DNA from: Alphaproteobacteria bacterium
GTDB taxonomy: Bacteria; Pseudomonadota; Alphaproteobacteria; SP197
DNA length: 64,000 nt
Direction: 5' to 3'
Assembly (NCBI GenBank): GCA_022823765.1
Contig: JAJEHK010000206.1
Span: forward strand, 3,984 to 67,983
Position numbers and translations under genes: made by a program. Below, one piece after another: positions 9,074 to 17,603 of the stretch (position 1 is its first letter; the number at the start of each line of letters is the position of its first letter). Under the pieces are notes generated by a model. It saw nothing but the letters and a program-made list of their open reading frames with translations, was not told the DNA's origin and ran no database searches.

Positions 9074-10113
9074 GCGGCAAAGGCTCCTTCAATCCTGTTT
9101 CGGGCAGTGGTCAGGAACTCTCCCGTTACGTCGAAGTCGTTGGCGATACCGTAGGCGAGACCTTCACGCTCGACGAAGGCCCTCAATCCGCGCATGGCCT
9201 CGAAGACATCGTGCCACGTCACGTTCATGGCGGCGGGGCGAATGTCGAGGCCGAGACGGGTCACCGCACCGAGCAGTTCATCAACACGCTGACCATGCAT
9301 CATCGCGCCGAGCACGAGACCCAGACACACCGCCTGGCCATGCAGGAACGCTTTCCCTGTTCCCGCTTCGAGGGCATAGAAGATGTAGTGCTCGACTCCC
9401 TCGATGTGGCGCGGATTCCAGCCCGCACCGTGGTAGGAGGCACCACCCCATCTCAGGCCGTCGACCAGAATCCGGATGCCGCGCGGCGAAAGCGTCCTGA
9501 TTTCGTCAAGTTCGGCCAGCGCCGTCCCGGCCTTCGCCAGCGAGATGGCGGCGAGGCTCTCATCAAAGGGCCAGCGCGATTCGCACTTGCCCCGGGCCTC
9601 GGCGTGACGCCAGTCCATGACGCCGGTAACGAAGCACAGGACATCGCCCATGCCGGCGATGTTGAGTGCGCGGGGCGCGGATTCAATGATATCGAGGTCG
9701 ATGTAGACGGTTTGCGGGACGGCCCATCCGACATACCTGACGACGCTGTTTTCCCGGACCCCCGCACGATGTCCGAAGACGGCATCGACGGAAAGCGATG
9801 TCGGAAACTGGAAGAGCGGCAGGTTGAGACGCCAGGCGGCATACTTGGCGGCATCGATCGCCTGACCACCTCCCAGACCGACGATCGAGGCAACATTTCC
9901 GATCGTCTCGAGATCGGCTTCCAGCGCGTCACGTTCCATGGAACGCACCATGTAGGGCACGGCATCGTCCGGCAGGGAGTCGCGAAAGACGGGCCAGAGG
10001 TCTTCCATCGTCACGACCAGCATGGGCGGGCATACGAAGTTCGCCGCTTCGTGAAGAAGGTTGCGTCCGAAGACTGTCGTGAACTGCGGGATATCGGATT
10101 CCTTGAACGGCAT
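9070..10113 (-). CDS. DHQS/iron-ADH superfamily protein, glycerol-1-phosphate dehydrogenase-like; paralog B
   Basis: GLGGGQAIDAAKY motif. It is a paralog of the protein at 5129..6259. Confidence 0.75.
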   Translation of the reverse strand: MPFKESDIPQFTTVFGRNLLHEAANFVCPPMLVVTMEDLWPVFRDSLPDDAVPYMVRSMERDALEADLETIGNVASIVGLGGGQAIDAAKYAAWRLNLPLFQFPTSLSVDAVFGHRAGVRENSVVRYVGWAVPQTVYIDLDIIESAPRALNIAGMGDVLCFVTGVMDWRHAEARGKCESRWPFDESLAAISLAKAGTALAELDEIRTLSPRGIRILVDGLRWGGASYHGAGWNPRHIEGVEHYIFYALEAGTGKAFLHGQAVCLGLVLGAMMHGQRVDELLGAVTRLGLDIRPAAMNVTWHDVFEAMRGLRAFVEREGLAYGIANDFDVTGEFLTTARNRIEGAFAA

Positions 10114-10116
10114 GGT

Positions 10117-10974
10117 TCAGCCCTTGACTGCGCCAAGAGACAATCCCTTGACGATGTGTTTCTGTGCCGCGACAGCGAACAGCAGCATCGGCACGATGGC
10201 AACGATCGACGCGGCGGTCATCGCACCCCAGTCGAGCGACGCATAGCCGCGAAAGCTTGTTACCCCAAGCGTGACCGTCTGAGCCTTGGAGAACGTCAGG
10301 CCCAGTGCGATGGCAAGTTCGTTCCAGATCCAGATGGCGTTCAGGACGGCCGTGGCGGCCATCCCGGGCAGGGTACAGGGTACGTAGATCCTCGTCAGGA
10401 TTTGCCAGTTGGAGGCACCCTCGATGCGCGCGGCTTCGTCGATCGCCGGATTGATCTCGCGGAAGAACGAACTCAGGAGCCAGATCGACAGCGGCAGGAC
10501 GTGCACCTGGTACATGAGGGCAAGGCCGACATGGGTGTCATAGAGCCCTGTCCACTGGTAGAGCGAGAACATCGGAATGACGAAAAGAAACTCGGGGAGC
10601 ATGTAGGCAAGGATCAGCCAGACGCCGACGAGGTTCCTGCCCCTGATCTTCATCCGGACGATGGCATAGGCGGTCGGAATGGCGATGGCGAGCGACAGGG
10701 CCACGCCGATGGCCGTGATGATGACGGAGTTCAGGAACGTGTACTTGAACGTCTCATGGCTCCACAGCTTGAGATAGTTGGCCGTTGTCGGATCGAAGAT
10801 CCAGAGCGGAGGGCTGGCAAGGCCATCGCGCCTGGACTTGAGCGAGACCGTGAGCACCCAGTAGACCGGGAACAGGCTGAACAGGACCATGGCCCCGGTG
10901 AAGACATAGGCCCACGCCTGGGAAAGTCCTGTTCCCGGACCGCCGTGGAACTGCAGGACGGTGCGCATCTTCAT
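10117..10974 (-). CDS. ABC transporter permease, MalG/UgpE-like (CUT1 family)
   Basis: Six transmembrane helices and the EAA loop EAARIEGASNWQILTRIYVP. The track ORF 10117..11937 is an artificial fusion. The true start MKMRTV at 10974 overlaps the upstream permease stop (ATGA). Confidence 0.85.
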   Translation of the reverse strand: MKMRTVLQFHGGPGTGLSQAWAYVFTGAMVLFSLFPVYWVLTVSLKSRRDGLASPPLWIFDPTTANYLKLWSHETFKYTFLNSVIITAIGVALSLAIAIPTAYAIVRMKIRGRNLVGVWLILAYMLPEFLFVIPMFSLYQWTGLYDTHVGLALMYQVHVLPLSIWLLSSFFREINPAIDEAARIEGASNWQILTRIYVPCTLPGMAATAVLNAIWIWNELAIALGLTFSKAQTVTLGVTSFRGYASLDWGAMTAASIVAIVPMLLFAVAAQKHIVKGLSLGAVKG

Positions 10975-11852
10975 GCGTGGTGTTCGCCGCGCCGCTGCAA
11001 TGCCTGCAACGCCAGGGAAATGACGAGAATCAGGAGCGAGAACAGAATCATCGTCGCCATCGCCTTGCCGATCTGTTGATAGCTGTAGGCAGTGCGGTAG
11101 ACGAAGGTCTGCACGACTTCGGTTGCCAGGGCCGGTCCGCCACCGGTCGTGCCGAAGACGATGTCGAAGACCTTCAGGGTGTCGATGGCCCGGATGATGA
11201 TGACGGTGATCAGCAGCGAGCGCAGCATCGGCAATTTGATGGACCAGAAAATGGTGAACTCGCTCGCACCCTCGACACGGGCTGCCTCGACCGGTTCCGC
11301 CGGCAGGCTTCGCAATCCGGCAAGCATGATGATGAAGACGAAAGCCGTCTGCCACCAGACATCGACCGCGACGATGGAAGCCATCGCTGTTTCGACAGCG
11401 CCGTAGAAGGCCGAGGGACCAAGGCCGAACACACCGATCAGGTGGTTGATGATGCCGAGGAAGGGATCGAACATGACCTTTGACATCAGCGCAACGACGA
11501 TGCCGGAAACCATGAGCGGCAACATGATCACCGCGCGAATGAGATCCGTCCGGATGGCCAGCTTGTCGACTTGCACCGCGAGGTAGAACCCCAGCGCGAC
11601 CTCGATGGCCGTCGCCCACACGGCGAACACCACCGTGTTCTTCATGACGCTCCAGAACTCGGCGCCGGAGAGAAGGCTGGCATAGTTCGCCCAGCCGACA
11701 AACTCGAACTGGTTGCCCCAGTTCCAGTTGGTGAATGACACCGCCAGTCCGAACCCGACGGGATAGACCGACGTGAACGCGAGAATCAGGAGGCAGGGCA
11801 GAACGAACCACAGGGCCGAGGCCCTGCCGAGGAACCTGAGCGCAGACGTCAT
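10971..11852 (-). CDS. ABC transporter permease, MalF/UgpA-like (CUT1 family)
   Basis: EAA loop EAARVEGASEFTIFW. The start MTSALRF at 11852 is chosen over the long N-terminal extension given in the track. Confidence 0.85.
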   Translation of the reverse strand: MTSALRFLGRASALWFVLPCLLILAFTSVYPVGFGLAVSFTNWNWGNQFEFVGWANYASLLSGAEFWSVMKNTVVFAVWATAIEVALGFYLAVQVDKLAIRTDLIRAVIMLPLMVSGIVVALMSKVMFDPFLGIINHLIGVFGLGPSAFYGAVETAMASIVAVDVWWQTAFVFIIMLAGLRSLPAEPVEAARVEGASEFTIFWSIKLPMLRSLLITVIIIRAIDTLKVFDIVFGTTGGGPALATEVVQTFVYRTAYSYQQIGKAMATMILFSLLILVISLALQALQRRGEHHA

Positions 11853-11937
11853 GGCGCTCTCCGGACCGGAAAGCAGGATGAACTCTCCGGAAAGATGCCC
11901 CGGATGGCAGGAAATTGCCATCCGGGGCGAGGCACAT

Positions 11938-13305
11938 TCAGTTGGCGAGCATTGTCTCGAAGTCGGTCTGGGCCGCAGCGCCGGCCTCGGCAGGGTCTGC
12001 ACCGCCGTAGATATCCTGAATCACGTCAACGATGCGCAGCGCGAACTCGCTCCAGCCGGCACGTTGCACGACCGAGGTCTGCGAGTTGGGCATGGCGGCT
12101 GCCACGGCATCGACATAGGACTGCGGGAAGCTCGCCGCGTACTCGGGATCCTGCCACGTCGACAGACGCGGTGCGCCGCCGTGCAGCTTGCCGATGGTGG
12201 TCGCGTTGGCCGTGTTCGACATGTACTGGATGAAGAGCCAACCGGCCTCGGGTGAGGCGGCGTTCTGCGGGATTCCGAAACCCCACTGCCAGTGGGCCGT
12301 GTAGGGCTCGCCCTCGGCGTTGTCGACGGGGATGACCGAGTAGCCGATCTTGCCGGCAACGAGGCTCTCGTCCGGGTTCTCGAAGCCGGGAGCGAAGAGG
12401 CTTGCGTCGATGAAGAACGCCGCGCCACCCGCCATGAAGAACTGCGAGGCATCGGGCCAGTCCATGGCCTGGATGTTGACGGGACCGGCCTTCATCAGTT
12501 CCGCATAGTTCGCGAGGCCCCGCACGATATCGGGATCGTTCATCTTCGGCTTCGACCAGTCACCGTCGAACCAGACGTTTTGCGGAGCGGAGCGGTCTGC
12601 CGCACCGACCGAATTGTTCACGAAGCCGGTGACCGTGTCGATCAGCGTGTCCGACCGGATGCCACGCAGGACGGCACCCGCGATGGCGCCCCCGCTTTCC
12701 TCCTTCACCTCGCGCGCCGCGGCGATCAGTTCTGCCATCGTTGTCGGCATCTTGCCGTCAAGATACTGGTTCACGTGATCCATGTTGGCGAACAGGATGT
12801 AGGTCTCGAACGAAGCCGGGATACCGTGGTACTCCCAACGGCCGTCGATGTCGTACGTGGTTGCATCAAGGAAGCCTGCCGGGATGTCGTCCAGATTGTA
12901 GTCGCCAGCCGTGAGATCAGGGCTGTCGATGAAGTCCTGCAAGGAATGGACGAGGCCGTTGGTGTGCTGGGTGTAGGCCGTGGAATCCATCGGCAGGAAG
13001 TAGACGTCCATCTGCGAGTTGCCGCCCGAGCCGCGCAGCGCCACTTCCATGCGGTCGAAGTAGAGATCTTCGGCCATGGTCTGCAGGGTGACGTCGATCC
13101 CGGTGTCGGCCTCGAACTGGTCGAGCACCACACGCACGCCGTCGGTGACGGGATGTTCCGGCATCATGACGGTGATCGACTCTCCCGAGAGCTGGTCCCA
13201 CGAAAAGTCGGCCGTAGCGACCGTGGCGCTGACCGCAAGGGCTACCGACGATGCGGTGACCAGCTTGGCCGCTCTGACAAGGGCTCCTCGCCGCGATGTG
13301 TTCAT
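11938..13305 (-). CDS. ABC transporter substrate-binding protein (family 1, carbohydrate type) with a twin-arginine-like signal peptide
   Basis: Start MNTSRRGALVRAAKLVTASSVALA at 13305, preceded by a GGAGG RBS with a 5-nt spacer. SBP_bac_1-like fold. Confidence 0.85.
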   Translation of the reverse strand: MNTSRRGALVRAAKLVTASSVALAVSATVATADFSWDQLSGESITVMMPEHPVTDGVRVVLDQFEADTGIDVTLQTMAEDLYFDRMEVALRGSGGNSQMDVYFLPMDSTAYTQHTNGLVHSLQDFIDSPDLTAGDYNLDDIPAGFLDATTYDIDGRWEYHGIPASFETYILFANMDHVNQYLDGKMPTTMAELIAAAREVKEESGGAIAGAVLRGIRSDTLIDTVTGFVNNSVGAADRSAPQNVWFDGDWSKPKMNDPDIVRGLANYAELMKAGPVNIQAMDWPDASQFFMAGGAAFFIDASLFAPGFENPDESLVAGKIGYSVIPVDNAEGEPYTAHWQWGFGIPQNAASPEAGWLFIQYMSNTANATTIGKLHGGAPRLSTWQDPEYAASFPQSYVDAVAAAMPNSQTSVVQRAGWSEFALRIVDVIQDIYGGADPAEAGAAAQTDFETMLAN

Positions 13306-13507
13306 CGTTTCCTCCGTATGTTCTGACAGCCTGCTGATCAGGCATTGGTCGACCGGATTTTCCAGGAACGGAAATCGGTTGACCAATTGGCGCAGATGCA
13401 CAACCATTTGTCAAACCCCGTGTTCATCGCCACGTGAGCATGACGCTGCCATTTCCGGAGAGCGTTGAGGTTTGCGCGACCGGTGGACCCATTCGAAAGG
13501 AAACGTC

Positions 13508-14200
13508 ATGTCGATGGCCTTTGATGTGACCGACCGGGTTTATCGGGAGATCCGCGATCTCCTGCGCTCTGGCGACATCCTGCCCGGCCAGCGACTGCCC
13601 AACGAGCGCAAGCTGGCCGAGATGAGGGGGGCGTCGCGCACCCAGGTGCGGGATGCGCTTCTCATGTTGCAGAAGGAGGGGCTGGTCGAACGCAAGATCG
13701 GAAGTGGCACCTACCTGTCCGAGCGGGCGCCACAGATCATCGAGCTGGCTGACGCTGCGGTCCACATGTCGCCCGAGCGCTCCCATGGCTTCCACGAGAC
13801 CCTAGAGGCGCGGCTGCTTGTCGAGCCATCGGTCGCGGCGCGTGCGGCCGAGGCGCCCACACCACAGTTCTGCAAGGATCTCGAGGCAGCACTGGAACGC
13901 ATCCTGGCGGCGCCTACCTGGCTCCAGTTCAAGGAAGACATCTACGGATTCTCACGCCTCTATTACGTGGAGGCGGGCAACGACTTCCTGTGCTGGACCT
14001 TCGATCAGATCGTGGCTGCCCGTCGCGCGAACAAGTTTGACGGCGGAAGCGACCAGGCCCCGGTGGCCAATATTGTGCGCAGGCACTTCCATGACCGCCT
14101 GTCGAAGATTGCGGATGCCATCACCTCCGGGGACCCCCAACGGGCAAGGGCCGAGGTGGAGGGTTTCCTGGTTGCCATGGCCGCTTCGCTGGCGCTCTGA
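13508..14200 (+). CDS. GntR-family transcriptional regulator (FadR/FCD subfamily), divergent from the ABC operon
   Basis: wHTH (LPNERKLAEMRGASRTQVRDALLMLQKEGLV) plus an FCD domain. Start MSMAFDV is preceded by AAGGAAA. Confidence 0.85.
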   Translation: MSMAFDVTDRVYREIRDLLRSGDILPGQRLPNERKLAEMRGASRTQVRDALLMLQKEGLVERKIGSGTYLSERAPQIIELADAAVHMSPERSHGFHETLEARLLVEPSVAARAAEAPTPQFCKDLEAALERILAAPTWLQFKEDIYGFSRLYYVEAGNDFLCWTFDQIVAARRANKFDGGSDQAPVANIVRRHFHDRLSKIADAITSGDPQRARAEVEGFLVAMAASLAL

Positions 14201-14578
14201 TCAGGGGTCTCGTGACAGGCCTTCGGCTTCGAGGCGATCGAGGTAGGCCTGCCAGACACTGTCCCGGTTGCAGCCGAGTTCGTGAAGATAGTTCCACGAG
14301 TAGATGCCGGTATCGTGCAGATCGTCGAAAGTGATGCGTATGGCGTAGTTGCCGACGGGCTCCACCGACATGATGCCGACATGGCGACGGCCGGGAACGG
14401 TCTTCCTCTGGCCCGCGCCATGGCCCTGGACCTCGGCCGAGGGGCTTTCGACACGCAGCAGTTCGGCCGGCAACGTGACGGAGGTGCCGTCATCAAAGTC
14501 GATCTCGAGAGCCTTCTGCTGCGACTTAAGGCGGATCTCGACAGGCCGGTGGCGGCTGGCACGGGCCTCGCCCTTCAC
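14201..14578 (-). CDS. DUF971 (gamma-butyrobetaine hydroxylase-like N-terminal domain) protein
   Basis: [22 protein letters not shown] motif. Confidence 0.7.
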   Translation of the reverse strand: MKGEARASRHRPVEIRLKSQQKALEIDFDDGTSVTLPAELLRVESPSAEVQGHGAGQRKTVPGRRHVGIMSVEPVGNYAIRITFDDLHDTGIYSWNYLHELGCNRDSVWQAYLDRLEAEGLSRDP

Positions 14579-14766
14579 GTCTCCTCTCCATCGAGGCGGC
14601 GCGCCTCGTCGACCAGCATGATCGGGATGCCGTCCCGGATGGGATAGGCGAGGCCCGCTTCAGCGCTCACCAGTTCCTGGCGCTCGCGATCCAGGGTGAG
14701 CGGTCCCTTGGTCAGCGAACAGACCAGGATCTCGAGAAGCCGGGGATCGACGTCGGTTTCACTCAT
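14575..14766 (-). CDS. Trm112/YcaR (UPF0434) family small protein
   Basis: [23 protein letters not shown]...DGIPIML, typical Trm112-like protein of about 63 aa. Confidence 0.7.
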   Translation of the reverse strand: MSETDVDPRLLEILVCSLTKGPLTLDRERQELVSAEAGLAYPIRDGIPIMLVDEARRLDGEET

Positions 14767-15107
14767 CGCGTTGGCCCCTCCCAAGTACGCCTCGTGATGT
14801 CCAACTTAGTCTCCATCACTCCTGACGTGCACCCCGCGAGACAGGTGGGCCTTGAACGAGCCCGACCGGTTGCGCGGTTTGCCTGTTTCCATCAGCCAGC
14901 CGTGGTCCGAAGATTTCTACTCGACTCGGCCGCCTTGCTGCAATGGCGAATGGAGGCCATGGCAATACCCTGCCACATCGAGTCGGGAATGAGTTCGACG
15001 CCCTCGCGGTGCGTCTGCATGAGAGGCGTGTCGCCAATGGCCGGCGGCGCAGCACGATGGAAACCGAACTGGTGGGCGGTCACTGTCTGGTCGCGTTGGT
15101 TGCGGGG

Positions 15108-15518
15108 TTACGGGTCCGTGCCGGAAAGAGTCCAGTCCTCGCAAACGAGTCCCTCGACGCGTTCGAACTCCCGGCTGTTGGCGGTGACCAGCACCAGTTT
15201 GCGAGCGCGGGCCTGCCCGGCGATCAACAAGTCATGAGGGCCAATCGGAAGCCCTTTCGCATCAAGCTCGCTGCGCACAGCGCCTGCTGCGCGTGCATCG
15301 CCAGCATCGAATGGAACGATCTCGAACTCCAGTCGGTCCAGCAACCCGAGATTGCGGTCTGCATGTTGGCTCTTGTGGGCGCCGTAGTAGAGCTCATAGG
15401 CGACCGGGGCAGGTAGTCCGATATCCGCAGGCCGGAGGCGGCGCAGGCGCATACGAAGCTGCGGCGATGTGTCGTTGAGCAAAGCAATGCAGGCGTTGGT
15501 ATCGAACAGGTAGCGCAT
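15108..15518 (-). CDS. vapC: PIN-domain toxin VapC
   Basis: N-terminal MRYLFDTNACIALL with conserved acidic PIN residues. ATGA overlap with the upstream antitoxin. Confidence 0.8.
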   Translation of the reverse strand: MRYLFDTNACIALLNDTSPQLRMRLRRLRPADIGLPAPVAYELYYGAHKSQHADRNLGLLDRLEFEIVPFDAGDARAAGAVRSELDAKGLPIGPHDLLIAGQARARKLVLVTANSREFERVEGLVCEDWTLSGTDP

Positions 15519-15766
15519 CAGTCGAAAACGCTGTCGAGATGCGTTCGCGATGGCAGTTCCGGCTGGTTGCGGCCTGCGGCGAAGAAATCACTTGAGAATT
15601 CGCCTGCCACGGCATCGAGCCACTCCCAGTCCGACGCAACGGGTTCAAGGATTACTGCTGCGCCCTGCCTGCGGATGCGGACTTCGGCGCCCTTCATCCG
15701 GAATTCCTTGGGAAGCCGCACCGCCTGAGAGCGGCCCGACCAGAAGAGTTTGGCCGTTCTGGACAT
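15518..15766 (-). CDS. vapB: Antitoxin VapB (AbrB/MazE/SpoVT family)
   Basis: MSRTAKLFWSGRSQAVRLPKEFRM swapped-hairpin motif. Start at 15766 is chosen rather than the longer track ORF. Confidence 0.75.
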   Translation of the reverse strand: MSRTAKLFWSGRSQAVRLPKEFRMKGAEVRIRRQGAAVILEPVASDWEWLDAVAGEFSSDFFAAGRNQPELPSRTHLDSVFD

Positions 15767-15923
15767 AAGCGCCTCCAACAGAGATATGACATTGGAATAT
15801 ACCAACTGGATGTCAGATAATCCAGATTCGGACGACAAGAGGTTGGCGACGCTCTACCTGCTCATCCGGGATTCTTCACACGAAGTCGGTCTCCCAAGGG
15901 CGCACCCGTCCCCGTTCCCTATG

Positions 15924-16595
15924 TCACTGGCGGACAGGACTGTCGTCGTCTTCCTGGCTGCCGATCTCGAGCAGGGTGGTGAGGATGCGGGCGCGTTCCA
16001 GAAAGTCCGCCGCTTCGAGCAGGGCCTGTTTCTCCAGGGGGCTGAAGGGGCAGACCATGGAAAGCGCCGTCACGAGGGTCTCGTCGTTCGCCTTGCCGAT
16101 GGCGTCCCAGTCCGCCTCGATCTGCTTTCTTTGAAAGAACTGCTTGAGGTGGGCAATGAGGGAGGTGCGTTCGATCAGGTCGGTGGCGGAAACGGGCTTC
16201 ATGTCCTCGGCGAAGTCGGAGTAGTCGGCTTCGACCAGACGGTAGGCACCGGCGGCAAGGGCGAGTTCGCGCGCCACACGATAGCGCGCCAGTCCGATCA
16301 GCGTGATCAGGTAGCGGCCGTCGTCGGTTTCGGTGAACTGGATGATTCGTCCGGCACATCCGATGGCAAAGCAATGGGCCGATCCGATGTCGTCGGCCTC
16401 CTCGTCGGGCTGGATCATGCCGATGATGCGGTCGTCGGACTTGAGCGCATCCTCGATCATGGAAACATAACGGGGTTCGAAGATGTTGAGCGGCAGGGTG
16501 CCTCGCGGCAACAGGAGGGCCCCGGGCAGGGGAAAGACAGGAATGGTCGACGGCAGTCCGTCGATGGTGCGGTAGTACGGCAGGCCCGCCATCAC
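15924..16595 (-). CDS. LON peptidase N-terminal (substrate-binding) domain protein
   Basis: PLFPLPGALLLPRGTLPLNIFEPRY motif of the Lon N-domain. This protein is commonly found next to the thioredoxin gene in alphaproteobacteria. Confidence 0.75.
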   Translation of the reverse strand: MMAGLPYYRTIDGLPSTIPVFPLPGALLLPRGTLPLNIFEPRYVSMIEDALKSDDRIIGMIQPDEEADDIGSAHCFAIGCAGRIIQFTETDDGRYLITLIGLARYRVARELALAAGAYRLVEADYSDFAEDMKPVSATDLIERTSLIAHLKQFFQRKQIEADWDAIGKANDETLVTALSMVCPFSPLEKQALLEAADFLERARILTTLLEIGSQEDDDSPVRQ

Positions 16596-16610
16596 GCCAC
16601 GACCGGCACC

Positions 16611-17522
16611 CTAGCTGAACCAGGCCGATGACAGCTTGCGGCGGCCGTCGATGGCCGCCTGATCGGTCGGTCCCCAGGCCTCGAAGAACTTCAGGAGCTC
16701 CTTGCGCGCCGCCTCGTCATTCCAGTCTCTCTTGAGGGCAATGATGGCGATGAGCTGATCGACCGCGTCGTCGCGCCGGTCAATGGCGGCGAGAGCCCGC
16801 GCCAGCTCGAGCCGTGCCTCGAAATCCTTGCCGTCGGCCGCAACCCTCGCCTCGAGGGCCGCCATGTCACCGGTTGCGCTGCCCAGGAGCTCCATCTGGG
16901 CCCTGACACCCTTGATGCGTTCGTCCTCGGCAATGGCCTCATCGAAGCTGTCAAGAAGGTCCGTCACCTCGCCTGTGCGTCCCAGGGCAATGAGCGAGCG
17001 GCACAGACCGGCGGCCGCATCGACATTGTCGCTCTCGCGCGTCAGGACCTGGCGGTAGAGGGCCGCTGCCTGCTCCGCGGAGCCCCCTTCCAGGGCTTCG
17101 TCCGCCTGGGCGAGGGCCTGCTCCACGGCACTCGGTCCGATGTCGCCGACCAGGCGTTCGACAAAGGCCTTGATCTGGCTCTCCGGCTGGACCCCGACGA
17201 AACCGTCCACCGGTTGTCCCTGATCGAAAGCGAACACCGCCGGAATCGACTGCACTCTCAGGGCCTGGGCGATCTGCGGCTCCTCGTCGATGTTGATCTT
17301 CACCAGGGTCACCTTGCCGCCGGCCGCCCGGACAACCTTCTCGAGAACGGGTGCGATCTGCTTGCACGGTCCGCACCAGGGCGCCCACAGATCGACGATG
17401 ACCGGTTTGTCGCGGGACGCCAGAAGGACATCCTGCTGGAACGTCGCCGTGGTCACGTCCTTGACCTCGCCGCCGGCCTCTGCCGCAGCCTGTGACTCTC
17501 CTCCCTGGATGATGAATGCCAT
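16611..17522 (-). CDS. Thioredoxin with a C-terminal TPR-like domain (YbbN/CnoX-like)
   Basis: WAPWCGPCK active site followed by a helical TPR-like extension of about 200 aa. Confidence 0.85.
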   Translation of the reverse strand: MAFIIQGGESQAAAEAGGEVKDVTTATFQQDVLLASRDKPVIVDLWAPWCGPCKQIAPVLEKVVRAAGGKVTLVKINIDEEPQIAQALRVQSIPAVFAFDQGQPVDGFVGVQPESQIKAFVERLVGDIGPSAVEQALAQADEALEGGSAEQAAALYRQVLTRESDNVDAAAGLCRSLIALGRTGEVTDLLDSFDEAIAEDERIKGVRAQMELLGSATGDMAALEARVAADGKDFEARLELARALAAIDRRDDAVDQLIAIIALKRDWNDEAARKELLKFFEAWGPTDQAAIDGRRKLSSAWFS

Positions 17523-17603
17523 GATCGCCGCCTTCCTGGTCTCTTGGTCTGGTGCTGGTCCGTTAGGTGGGCAAACTGCAGCCGAATCGCAAGGCCGGAT
17601 CTC

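Noticed and set aside
9064-11079. 671-aa plus-strand ORF (together with similar long antisense ORFs at 5093..6490, 12292..13326, 25782..27719, 35948..36417, 50483..52195 and 59471..60847)
   Set aside because: All lie antisense to well-supported genes and translate to Arg/Gly/Asp-rich low-complexity sequence without recognisable domains. This is the expected artefact of a high-GC genome.
10117-11937. 606-aa minus-strand ORF
   Set aside because: It is an artificial fusion. The real MalG-like permease starts at MKMRTV (10974). The upstream part of the frame overlaps the separately encoded MalF-like permease in another frame.
14785-15107. 320-bp gap after vapC, checked for a tRNA or small RNA gene as an insertion target
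   Set aside because: No T-arm GTTCGAATC-like motif or cloverleaf-compatible repeats were found. The short ORFs there have no recognisable features.
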